Origin: Jatrophihabitantaceae bacterium
GTDB taxonomy: Bacteria; Actinomycetota; Actinomycetes; Mycobacteriales; Jatrophihabitantaceae
Assembly (NCBI GenBank): GCA_045807085.1
Contig: JBJMIB010000037.1
Span: forward strand, 39,546-103,545
Length of the DNA stretch: 64,000 nucleotides
Direction: 5' to 3'
In this document: positions 38,922-47,210 of the stretch, one piece after another
How the letters are laid out: each line of letters opens with the position of its first letter
How positions within the stretch are numbered: the stretch's first letter is position 1
The notes under the pieces: generated by a model
The model's input: the letters and a program-made list of their open reading frames with translations, nothing else
Database searches by the model: none
Told to the model about the DNA's origin: nothing
Translations under genes and position numbers: made by a program

Positions 38922-41516
38922 ATGGCCCATCGGTGGCCTTTCATCGGTCGCGCAGGTGAGTTGGCGCGCATCGAGTCCTTGATCACGTCCGGCATCGGCG
39001 CGCTCATCCTCGGCGAGCCGGGCGTCGGCAAGGCGGCCCTGGCCCGCCGCGCGGCGGAGCGGGTCGGCCCGGCAGCGCCGGTCGGACGCGTCATCGGGCG
39101 GGCGGTGTCCAACGGTGCACCGTTCGAGGCCTTCGCCGGGGTGCTGACGGCGGCCGACACCTCGGTCCTCTATCCCGTCGAGGTGGCGCGGCGGGTGGCC
39201 GAGGCGTTCGGGTCGCCGATCGGTACCAAGGTGCTGTTCGTGGTCGATGATGCTCAACTGCTCGATGAGCGCTCGGCACAGGTGTTGCTGCAACTCGCCG
39301 CCGACGGCACCGCGACGGTGTTGGCGACCGCCCGCGACCTCAGGCTGCCCGCGGCGGTTGAGCGGTTGTGGTACGACGGCTGGTGCGAGCGGATCGAGCT
39401 TGGCGGGTTGGCCGACGACGAGGTTCTGGAGCTCCTCGAAACCGTTCTCGACGCACCTGTCGGCGCTGCCGCCGCGCGGGCCTTCGCCAGCCGAGCCCAG
39501 GGCAATCCGTTATTGCTGCGCGAGCTCGTCGGCGCCGCGCTGAATGCCTCGACCCTCGTGTGGCGGGGCACGGCTTGGACGCTGGCCGGCGAGCCTCCGA
39601 TCAGCAGCGGCGTCCGGGAGCTGGTGAGGTCCCGGCTGGCGGCGCTGCCCGAGGCACAGCGCTCTGCTCTGGAGACGGTGGCCGCAGGGGAACCCCTCCC
39701 GGCTCCGGTCGTGGTCGACCTGATCGGTGAGACGGTGCTGGACGACCTCGACGCGAATCGGCTGATCACTGTCCACACCGGACTGGCCGGGCCGGAGGTC
39801 AGCAGCGCGCACCCATTGCAAGGTGAGGTGCTGCGCGCCGACATCCCGCTGCTGCGACTGCGCCGGCTTCGGCTGTTGTTGGCCAGCAAGCTGGAGGCCG
39901 TCGAAAGCCCGTCGCCGCACGATCTCGTCCGGGCAGCGTTGTGGCGGCTGGAGAACGGGCGGAGCGTAGATCCCGAGCGGCTGCTGGCTGCCGCCCGGGC
40001 CGCGCGAGGCATGAGTCTCGACACGGCCGAGCGGCTGGCCCGGCACGCGCACGAGATGAGCGGCTCGCTGCAGGCCACCGTGCTGCTCGCCGAGATCCTC
40101 ACGCACGCCGGGCGTAATGCGGAGGCAACGAAGCTGACCGAGACGCTGCCACCGGAATCGCTCACCTCGGCCGACCGGGAAGCCCTGGTGTACTGCGCCG
40201 CGATGGGGCAGGGTCTGATGATCGGCGACGCCGCCGGCGGCGCCGACTTCGTGGCCGCGGTGATGGCCGGCGATCCGGCCGCCAGTGACCAGTTACGTGG
40301 CTTGCACGCCTCGCTGCTGGCCTTCGACGGGCGATCGGGCGAGGCGATCGAGGTGGCCGGCCCGCTCGTCGAGAATCCGGACGCGCATCCGGTCGCGCGG
40401 ACGTTCGCGGCGATCGGCGCGGTCGGCGCCGAGTACTGGCTCGGCCATACTCGCCACGCAGTCGCCTTGGCTGACGCGGTCGCTCCGGTGGCCGCGACGG
40501 TCCGGGATGCGTTGCCCTTCGGCCCGGCCAGCATCGAGTTGATCGCCATCTGCGCACTGATCGAGGAGGGCGCGTTCGATCGGGCCGAAATGCGCGCCCA
40601 CCGGATGCGGGCACGGGCCACGGCCGATGATGACGCGTTCGCCGGCCCTCGAGGCGAGTACTGCATGGCCCGGGTCGAACTTGCCCGCGGCCGGCCCGCG
40701 ACCGCGCTGCGGGGATTCCGTCGCTGCGTGGCCGCACTCACCCCGTTCGACCAATCGTTCCTGCGACATATCAGCTCGATGCTGGCCCGGGCAGCCGCCA
40801 CCGTCGGAGATGTGACCAGCGCGCGGCAGGCCCTCGATGCCTGCGCCGACGCCCCGCGGATGAAGATGTACGAGCCGGAGTTCGAACTCGCCGTGGCCGC
40901 GCTGCATGCCGCCGATGTGCGGATGGCCGAGGCCGCCGACCATGCGGCCTGGGCCGCCGGCGTGGCCGCCGACCAGGGGCAGTGGAATGTCGCGCTCGCG
41001 GGTTATCACGACGCGGCTCGCTACGGCGTCGCCCGGACCATCCTCATCCCGCTGCGCGAGGCCGCCACGCACGTCGACGGGACGTTCGCGTGGTGCCTGA
41101 TCGACCACGCCTCGGCGTTGGCGGCCCGCGACCCGGTCGCGCTGGACGAGGTCGCCCGCCGGTTCGAGGTGCACTGCACGATCCTGCTGGCGGCCGAGGC
41201 GTCGGCCGAGGCTGCGCTCGCGCACACCGCTGCCGGGCATCCCCGGCCGGCCCGGGCCAGCGCGGCCCGCGCGGCGCTGCTGCGGGGTCAGTGCGAGGGT
41301 GCGTTGTCGCCCTGGTTGTTCGGTGCCGCCGTGGCGGTGCCGCTGACCGCGCGCGAACGGCAGATCGCCGCGCTGGCGGCCGGCGGCAACTCCGACGCGG
41401 CTATCGCCGACCGGCTCGGCATCTCTGCCCGAACCGTGCAGACCCACCTGGCCCGGGTCTACACCAAGCTCGGCATCAACAGCCGCACCGAGATCGGCCA
41501 GCACCTCAACGCCTGA
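38922..41516 (+). CDS. Large ATP-binding LuxR-family (LAL-like) regulator
   Basis: FIGRAGEL, GEPGVGKA Walker A variant, VVDDAQLLD, QGNPLLLREL, C-terminal LTARERQIA..AAGGNSDAAIADRLGISARTVQTHL. Confidence 0.88.
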   Translation: MAHRWPFIGRAGELARIESLITSGIGALILGEPGVGKAALARRAAERVGPAAPVGRVIGRAVSNGAPFEAFAGVLTAADTSVLYPVEVARRVAEAFGSPIGTKVLFVVDDAQLLDERSAQVLLQLAADGTATVLATARDLRLPAAVERLWYDGWCERIELGGLADDEVLELLETVLDAPVGAAAARAFASRAQGNPLLLRELVGAALNASTLVWRGTAWTLAGEPPISSGVRELVRSRLAALPEAQRSALETVAAGEPLPAPVVVDLIGETVLDDLDANRLITVHTGLAGPEVSSAHPLQGEVLRADIPLLRLRRLRLLLASKLEAVESPSPHDLVRAALWRLENGRSVDPERLLAAARAARGMSLDTAERLARHAHEMSGSLQATVLLAEILTHAGRNAEATKLTETLPPESLTSADREALVYCAAMGQGLMIGDAAGGADFVAAVMAGDPAASDQLRGLHASLLAFDGRSGEAIEVAGPLVENPDAHPVARTFAAIGAVGAEYWLGHTRHAVALADAVAPVAATVRDALPFGPASIELIAICALIEEGAFDRAEMRAHRMRARATADDDAFAGPRGEYCMARVELARGRPATALRGFRRCVAALTPFDQSFLRHISSMLARAAATVGDVTSARQALDACADAPRMKMYEPEFELAVAALHAADVRMAEAADHAAWAAGVAADQGQWNVALAGYHDAARYGVARTILIPLREAATHVDGTFAWCLIDHASALAARDPVALDEVARRFEVHCTILLAAEASAEAALAHTAAGHPRPARASAARAALLRGQCEGALSPWLFGAAVAVPLTARERQIAALAAGGNSDAAIADRLGISARTVQTHLARVYTKLGINSRTEIGQHLNA

Positions 41517-41626
41517 TGCGGCCGATCGCGCCACGGCGCGGGCGTTAGGCGGACGCCTGCCACTGCTCGGCGTAGGCGCGCAAGGTGCCCTTCGAAACCA
41601 TCGGCCCGCCAACCCTGCCTAAGTGG

Positions 41627-42772
41627 TCAATTCTCCGGTCGGAGGTGGTCATGCGCAGCATCCCTGGCCACCAGTTCGGCCTCGCAGATGGCCAGCAGGT
41701 CATTGAGCGTGTAGCCGTCCCGGGGCTTGCCGGCAGCGGCGACGTGGCCGGCGATGCCTTTGGTGCGAAGGGCTGTTCTCAACCGTGCCGCCAACGCTTC
41801 GGCGCTCAGCGACGGGCAATCCACCAGCAGCATGCCGAGTCCGTCCTGGCCGAGGTAGCCGATCGCGTCGCAACCGGCCTGCAGCCGAGCCACCGCGCTG
41901 ACCGCGACCGGGTCTGCGGTGGTTATCCGGATGATTGCCACTACCGGCAATGCGGCGACCACCTCGGTAGCGGCGATGGACCACGCTTCCTGCCCCATCG
42001 GCTGCAGCAGCGCATCGTCGGCCACATCTCGCAGCCGAGTTCGGGTGATCGTTCGTTGAAGCCCGACCGCCGCCGGCAGCGAGAGCCAGACCAGCATTCC
42101 GAGCCTGACGTCAACCAGCGCGACAACGCCAACAGCAATGGCAAGGCAGCAGACCTCGACCCGGTACGGACTCGGCTGGAGAAAGGCCCGCGCCGCTGAC
42201 CGTTCACCGGCCGCGAGCATCGCGGCGACGATTAGGAGAGCACCGATCGCGACATAGACCAAGACGGCCAGAGCGATTCCAAGCCACCGATCCACGCTCG
42301 AACTGGACACCGCGTGCGCAGCCGTCGCTGCCAGCACCGCTCCGGCTGTGCTGTAGACGTGCCGGTACAGGCGCGCTCTGCCAGCTACCCGTCGAGCAGG
42401 CCACTCGGCGGCGGCGCCCGCAACCGCTACGACCCACATCAGTTCGAGGGGAAGCAATACCGCGGCAGCGAAGCCCCAAATCGCCAGCAGGTTCGAGTAC
42501 CTGGCTGCCTCCGCCCCTTGGTGCAACGTCCGGCGGACCCGTTCGGCGCTGCACGTGTAGGTCGAGTAGGCGATACTCAGGGTGCCCAGCGCAACGGCTA
42601 TCTCGACGTCCGAGCGTGAGATCGCCTGCCAGAACGACGCGGGGAGCAGGACAGCCGCCAAGTCCACTGCCAGGATGAGGCCGAGCGCACCGGGTGGCTG
42701 TCGCCAGATCGGCCACTTTGCCGTCGCTCGGAGCACTACCTTGCACCCTTCTGCAGAATGCCCGCTGCACAA
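41627..42772 (-). CDS. Multi-TM membrane protein with a degenerate GGDEF-like C-terminus
   Basis: About 7 hydrophobic helices; DAIGYLGQDGLGMLL...AEALAARLR aligns by eye with the GGDEF region but lacks catalytic residues; start uncertain. Confidence 0.6.
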   Translation of the reverse strand: MCSGHSAEGCKVVLRATAKWPIWRQPPGALGLILAVDLAAVLLPASFWQAISRSDVEIAVALGTLSIAYSTYTCSAERVRRTLHQGAEAARYSNLLAIWGFAAAVLLPLELMWVVAVAGAAAEWPARRVAGRARLYRHVYSTAGAVLAATAAHAVSSSSVDRWLGIALAVLVYVAIGALLIVAAMLAAGERSAARAFLQPSPYRVEVCCLAIAVGVVALVDVRLGMLVWLSLPAAVGLQRTITRTRLRDVADDALLQPMGQEAWSIAATEVVAALPVVAIIRITTADPVAVSAVARLQAGCDAIGYLGQDGLGMLLVDCPSLSAEALAARLRTALRTKGIAGHVAAAGKPRDGYTLNDLLAICEAELVARDAAHDHLRPEN

Positions 42773-43320
42773 GCACGATGGGAGGTGACGTCACATGCGT
42801 AACTTCGAGTGGCCGTAAACCGGCACCATCTGGTCGCGTAGTCACGAACAGTACCTAGTGCGACGCGCGCTGTCACCACCCTGGCTGCCACGACCTTCCA
42901 GCGTCAGGGAGACCGCCCCGAGGTCGGCCGCGAACTGGCCGCTCGGCCTTCCTCGGGGCGGGAGCCAGCGCAGTGCGACACCAGCGCACCCGACACTTCC
43001 AGGTGGGGACCTCCGCCCACCCTCCTAGCCGGACAGCGCAGCGTACTGGCAAGTTTGGTGCTTACGGTTCCGGGGGATCGCCGGCTCGCGCAGCCGCTCC
43101 CGCAGGCGTCGCACACCCCCGGCCACCTTCAACGCAGCAGCGGAGCGTGCAGCGGCTGCCACCGTCCCTGAGTCTGAGGTTTCGCCGGCAGGCCCTCCCT
43201 GAGTGCCCCGACCGGCCGCGCTGGATGCGTACTGGCCACTGCGAAGCTCACGCAGCGTCAAAAAACGCAAGCCTGCGCACGCGGGTTTCGAAGGCCGGGC
43301 TCCGGCCAGCTTCCGCGCGG

Positions 43321-43352
43321 GCTGTCCGCAGCGAGTCCGCAAGCAGTCCGCG
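43321..43352 (-). repeat. Inverted array of three integrase arm-like sites outside the element
   Basis: GTCCGC(A/G) at 43324, 43335, 43346 (11-bp period); reverse complement matches 52205-52226 at 20/22. Confidence 0.75.
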
Positions 43353-43413
43353 AGACAGCCACCATGCGTCACCGTTGACCACCACTAGCCACCCTCAGGG
43401 AGCCGAAACGAGA

Positions 43414-43451
43414 ACCGGGCCGGACGTCATTCAGCTGACGTTCGGCCCGGT
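43414..43451 (-). terminator. Hairpin, probably the original sodN terminator displaced by the insertion
   Basis: ACCGGGCCGGACGTCA-TTCAGC-TGACGTTCGGCCCGGT, 16-bp stem with one mismatch, 16 bp beyond the left att copy. Confidence 0.7.
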
Positions 43452-43467
43452 CCGGAGCGGGCGAAGG

Positions 43468-43494
43468 CTAGGCAGCCTTCTTGGTCTCCCAGAA
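43468..43494. repeat. att core, left copy (duplicated sodN 3' end)
   Basis: CTAGGCAGCCTTCTTGGTCTCCCAGAA, identical to 52273-52299; encodes FWETKKAA-stop on the minus strand. Confidence 0.95.
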
Positions 43495-43496
43495 TT

Positions 43497-43639
43497 TGCG
43501 GACCACGCTGCAGGTCCGCGAATCCGGGCTCAGAGCCGCGCACCCCCCGGATTTCCTGGCCTCCGTACCGCTGACAAGCGTTGGCATCCGTGGGGGTCCG
43601 CTGGGCACGTTGCGGACTCCTTGCGGACAGCCTGCGGAC
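43497..43639 (+). promoter_or_regulatory. Integrase arm-type sites, left end of the element
   Basis: TGCGGAC at 43497, 43611, 43622, 43633 and inverted GTCCGCG at 43514. Confidence 0.75.
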
Positions 43640-43720
43640 TGACGTAAGCGGCCCGGCCGAGTGTTCGAAGCACTCAACCGGGCCTTGCCGAACTACCTAC
43701 CAGAGTTAGGAAGCCCGACC

Positions 43721-44194
43721 ATGAGCAAGAGTACGAGCGCCGGCAGACAGATACCTGATGAGGCCGCCGTCACAAAGCCATCCGTCCGAGCGCTGTGCTG
43801 CCAGTGCGGCCAGCTCAACACCTTTCCGACCGACCGCCCGTCGCCAAAGGGTGGCCTCAACTGGCGCGGCGAACGACAGCCCGTCGATGTGCGGGCCGGC
43901 ATCGTGCCGGCCGACGACGACACCGAGGCGTGGGCACGGTGTGTCATTCAGCGCCGCTGCCCGAACTGCAGAGAGCACACGACGCACGCCCTGCTGCGGG
44001 ATGAGCCCAGCCAGTACCGGGACAGTTTGGAGCGCACGCACCGGCTGCGCTGCGAGCAGGGCCGCAGGTACGACCCCGAGCCGCCCGAAGGGTGGACTCA
44101 ATGGGCGCTCGGCTACTGCACGTACTGCAGGTCTGGCATCGCGGAGTGGTTCGCCGACGTGCGTCGCTGGGATGCGCGTAGGGGCGGTGCCTGA
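43721..44194 (+). CDS. Cys-rich hypothetical protein (putative zinc-binding, phage-like)
   Basis: CCQC, CPNC, CTYC motifs; AGGAAG upstream of ATG 43721; TGATG coupling to the next ORF. Confidence 0.65.
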   Translation: MSKSTSAGRQIPDEAAVTKPSVRALCCQCGQLNTFPTDRPSPKGGLNWRGERQPVDVRAGIVPADDDTEAWARCVIQRRCPNCREHTTHALLRDEPSQYRDSLERTHRLRCEQGRRYDPEPPEGWTQWALGYCTYCRSGIAEWFADVRRWDARRGGA

Positions 44195-44373
44195 TGTACC
44201 TGGACGCGTGGCTGAACGATGACACCCCGCCGCACCCGCGCCGCCGCCTGACCGACCGCTGGTGGTATCGGCTCGGCCGGGCCGTGATCCTGCTCGGCAC
44301 GCACGCTGCCGCCGGGTGGATCGGGTACGACTGGCCCGCCGTCCTAGTGTGGATCGCCAGCAACCCGAAGTAG
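44194..44373 (+). CDS. 59-aa small membrane protein (not in the ORF track)
   Basis: MYLDAWLNDDTPPHPRRRLTDRWWYRLGRAVILLGTHAAAGWIGYDWPAVLVWIASNPK; translationally coupled and followed by a terminator. Confidence 0.6.
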   Translation: MYLDAWLNDDTPPHPRRRLTDRWWYRLGRAVILLGTHAAAGWIGYDWPAVLVWIASNPK

Positions 44374-44385
44374 AGCCCGCGCCGC

Positions 44386-44425
44386 CAAGAGGCCAGGTGT
44401 TCGAAACTGAACACCTGGCCTCTTG
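44386..44425 (+). terminator. Perfect 17-bp stem hairpin
   Basis: CAAGAGGCCAGGTGTTC-GAAACT-GAACACCTGGCCTCTTG, 12 bp after the stop at 44373. Confidence 0.8.
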
Positions 44426-44434
44426 CTGTGTGCG

Positions 44435-44959
44435 ATGATCCGGGCCGTGAACAGTGTTAGAACCGGCGCGGCGGGCGGCGCTGCGATGTTCCTGTTCCTG
44501 GTCCTAGCGCTTGCCGGTTGCACGGGGCACACGGGCCGAACCCCGCAGGAGCGAGCAGCCGCGTACGTGCAGAAGTATGGTGCTGAGGCGGTAGCTGTCC
44601 AGGGGGATGTGCAACAGGTGCAAGCCTTGCTTAAGACGACCGCCGCGAACGCCACCGACGCGAGCGTGGGCCGCCTGGCCATCATGGCGCAGGCCGCTCA
44701 CGATGACCTCGACTCGGGTAGGAGCGATTTCGCCACCGACGGGGGCGGTGGGGATGTCGGCGCGGCGATCACCTCCATGTACTCGGCCGTCAACGACTTG
44801 AAGAACGCCATGGGCGGCATCGTCGCCTACACCGGGAACCCGAACCCGGCCACTGAGGCGAAGATGGTCACTCAGTACCAGAACGCCGTCGCCGAGTGGA
44901 ACGACGCCGTGACGACGATCTGGTCAGTGGCCGGCGAGGGTAAGCCGCCGACGGTCTAG
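44435..44959 (+). CDS. Element-encoded lipoprotein (helical)
   Basis: Hydrophobic MFLFLVLALAGC lipobox followed by an alpha-helical, Ala/Gln-rich domain. Confidence 0.75.
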   Translation: MIRAVNSVRTGAAGGAAMFLFLVLALAGCTGHTGRTPQERAAAYVQKYGAEAVAVQGDVQQVQALLKTTAANATDASVGRLAIMAQAAHDDLDSGRSDFATDGGGGDVGAAITSMYSAVNDLKNAMGGIVAYTGNPNPATEAKMVTQYQNAVAEWNDAVTTIWSVAGEGKPPTV

Positions 44960-45270
44960 TCGAAGCGGGGTAGTTCGACGGGCAGCGAGTAGGCGTACAG
45001 CCAGCCGTTCCGCTGCCACCACTGATCGCCGCAGTCCGGCCCGTTGGTGGCGAGCCGGTAGAGCCGCATCCGGGCCCACTCGGTGAAGCTGGCGTCAACC
45101 TCCGGGGGGTTGTCCGGGTTGCTGACCGCGATCACTTCCCACGTCGTGCCCTGGTCGGCCTGCCGGGCCCGCATGAAGCCGCTCCGGCCGTCCCAAGGGA
45201 TCGAGCCGGGACGTGCCGGGATGATGGGCAGCGCGTGCGCCTGCCGCCACGCTTCCGGGTGGTCGTGCAT
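44956..45270 (-). CDS. Hypothetical protein coupled to the tail hub gene
   Basis: ATG at 45270 overlaps the TGA of the upstream gene (TGATG); 104 aa, Trp-rich. Confidence 0.65.
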   Translation of the reverse strand: MHDHPEAWRQAHALPIIPARPGSIPWDGRSGFMRARQADQGTTWEVIAVSNPDNPPEVDASFTEWARMRLYRLATNGPDCGDQWWQRNGWLYAYSLPVELPRFD

Positions 45271-47210
45271 CAGTAGGCGAAGACCATCGAGTCGAGCAAC
45301 CCATAGACCGGATCGTCGAGCGTGGCGTACAGGGAAGGATCGGCCGGCGCGGTGTTCAACGTCAGGGTGCAGGTGTCGGACCGGCCGGAGAAGTCCCACG
45401 ACAGCGACTCGATGACGAAATCCATGCTCGTGGACGGTGCCTCTGCCGGCAGCCCGGACACGGTGAACTGAACCCCGATCTCGGCCAGCGCCGCCACTGA
45501 CCAGAGGTCGCTGGCCCGCTTGAGGTCGATCGTCACGGTCGGTGTGCGCGGGATCGGCTGGGCGAGTCGGCCGATGCGGAAGTTCGCGTAGTCGGCCAGC
45601 TCGTTGTCGCTGGTGAGCTGCAGCAGTTCCGCGCCGGAGTCGTCGGGCGAGTTGGTGTAGACGCCGTAGTCGGCCACCGACGTCCCGGTGTCCCGGACCC
45701 GGATCACCGCGCCACCCGGACGGGTCACGGCGTAGTCGTTCAGCAGCAGCCCGTCGTCGATGCCGACCTGGAAATCCGCGGTCACGTCCTGCGCGGCGGC
45801 ATTCAGGCTGAACGCTGAGGTGCGGTTCATCGAGGCGAGCCGGCTACGGAAGATCAGCGCACCATCGCCCCGCATGAACAGCAGGCCCTGCTCGGTCTTG
45901 GCGACCGTCTGCAGCGCATCGAGGAAGGTCTTACCCGTAGTGTCGAACGGCGCGACGGCCGCTGTCATGCCGGTATCGGCGACCACCAACGGAGCGGCGA
46001 ACTGGTTGTAGCCGGCGAGCTGCGCGATGTCCGTCACCCATGAGCCGGTGTCGTTGTTGAGGTAGTACATCTGCCGGCCGTACAGCCAGCGGATGCTGTT
46101 GTTCAGCGTCGTGTCGGTGCCGATGTAGAACCCGATGTTCGCCAGGGAGCCGTTCAGGCCGTAGGCGGACTCGCCGTAGTTGGAGTACCGGCCGCCGGCG
46201 ACTACCCATGTCATGCCCCGCAGATAGATGTTCGCGCTGGTGGCGACGAAGGTTGCGGCCACCCCGTCCACGATCACCTGCTGAGTCTTCAGGTCGGTGA
46301 AGAACGACGCGGTGACGTAGTGCCAGACCCCATCGGCGTAGCTCGCGGCGCTGGTGACGGCCTGCCCGCCGATGGCGAAGTTCACCTTGCCGGCCGTGTC
46401 GACGTAGAGGTGCATCGTCGATGGCGGCAGCGTCGGTGTCAGCGCCGGGTCCTGCTGCAGCCCGGACGTGGCATACAACAAGGTTGCGTTGGCTGAAGGC
46501 GTGGTCAGCTTGAACCAGCATCCGATCGTCCAGTTCCCGGTGCGGGGCAGGCTCACCCCGGCAGGCCCCGGAGCGCCGCCGAGTTGGATCACGGTCATGT
46601 GCTCGGCGTTGCCGCTGCCGGTGAAGGCGAACGTGCAGTAGGTGGCGTTCGGCGCGCCCTGCAGGAACCCGGCACCGTTGCCGGCGGTGAACGTCCCGGC
46701 CCCGTACTTCGAGTCGAGCAACTGCGCCACGGGTGGCGAGGCGGCCGGCGCGATCGAGCCGAACGCCGTAGCGCCGGATGGCTCGGACAGCGGGAACGCG
46801 GCGGTGACGGTCATCCCGGACTGCAGCACCGACTCGGCGTAGAAGCTCTGCATCGTGCGCCGAGCTAGGCCCTTGAACCCGTCCGTCGCGCCGATGTTGA
46901 CAACCGCGGTCCGGCCACCGTCCCAGCTGGTGACGACGCTATCGAGGTTGCCGGTGAACAGGTAGGTGACGACGCTGGCGACGGTGACCGACACCCTCAC
47001 CGGCCGGTTCACCTTGACGTTCGGGTGTCCCGCGCCGGGCGAGTAGTTGCCGCTGTTGTTGTACAGGCTGCCGGAGAGCGTGCCGGGGCCGACCTGGTCG
47101 AACTCGTGCCCCCGTCCGCGGTTGATGCTGATCGAGTCGCAGTCGGCGGTTATGTCGGTCCAGGTGCCGGTGTTCGGCCAGTCGACTTCGACCTTCAGCG
47201 TGCCGCTCAT
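45270..47210 (-). CDS. Phage minor tail / baseplate hub-like protein with an inserted LamG (concanavalin A-like) domain
   Basis: AAGGA RBS; N-terminal WTDITADCDSISINRGRG..D..GPGTLS..LYN typical of actinophage tail proteins; LamG motifs WTIGCWFK, YADGVWHYV, VIVDGV, GGR..LNGSLANI; hub-like C-terminus LDALQTVAKTEQGLLFMRGDGALIFRSR. Confidence 0.75.
   Translation of the reverse strand: MSGTLKVEVDWPNTGTWTDITADCDSISINRGRGHEFDQVGPGTLSGSLYNNSGNYSPGAGHPNVKVNRPVRVSVTVASVVTYLFTGNLDSVVTSWDGGRTAVVNIGATDGFKGLARRTMQSFYAESVLQSGMTVTAAFPLSEPSGATAFGSIAPAASPPVAQLLDSKYGAGTFTAGNGAGFLQGAPNATYCTFAFTGSGNAEHMTVIQLGGAPGPAGVSLPRTGNWTIGCWFKLTTPSANATLLYATSGLQQDPALTPTLPPSTMHLYVDTAGKVNFAIGGQAVTSAASYADGVWHYVTASFFTDLKTQQVIVDGVAATFVATSANIYLRGMTWVVAGGRYSNYGESAYGLNGSLANIGFYIGTDTTLNNSIRWLYGRQMYYLNNDTGSWVTDIAQLAGYNQFAAPLVVADTGMTAAVAPFDTTGKTFLDALQTVAKTEQGLLFMRGDGALIFRSRLASMNRTSAFSLNAAAQDVTADFQVGIDDGLLLNDYAVTRPGGAVIRVRDTGTSVADYGVYTNSPDDSGAELLQLTSDNELADYANFRIGRLAQPIPRTPTVTIDLKRASDLWSVAALAEIGVQFTVSGLPAEAPSTSMDFVIESLSWDFSGRSDTCTLTLNTAPADPSLYATLDDPVYGLLDSMVFAY

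Noticed and set aside
43160-43215. Glycine-type riboswitch (CTCAGG-like motifs)
   Set aside because: The conserved GGAGA/CCGAAG core is absent and there is no appropriate downstream gene.
43280-43320. tRNA or tRNA-fragment att site (GGTTTCGAAGGCC, TTCGAA-like loop)
   Set aside because: No cloverleaf or CCA end can be built, and the actual att core is the sodN 3' end.
42973-43677. ORFs spanning the left att junction (42973-43647, 43025-43372, 43468-43677)
   Set aside because: They cross a recombination junction, hairpin and arm repeats and show no protein-like features. The shared sodN-like or antisense peptide arises only from the att duplication.
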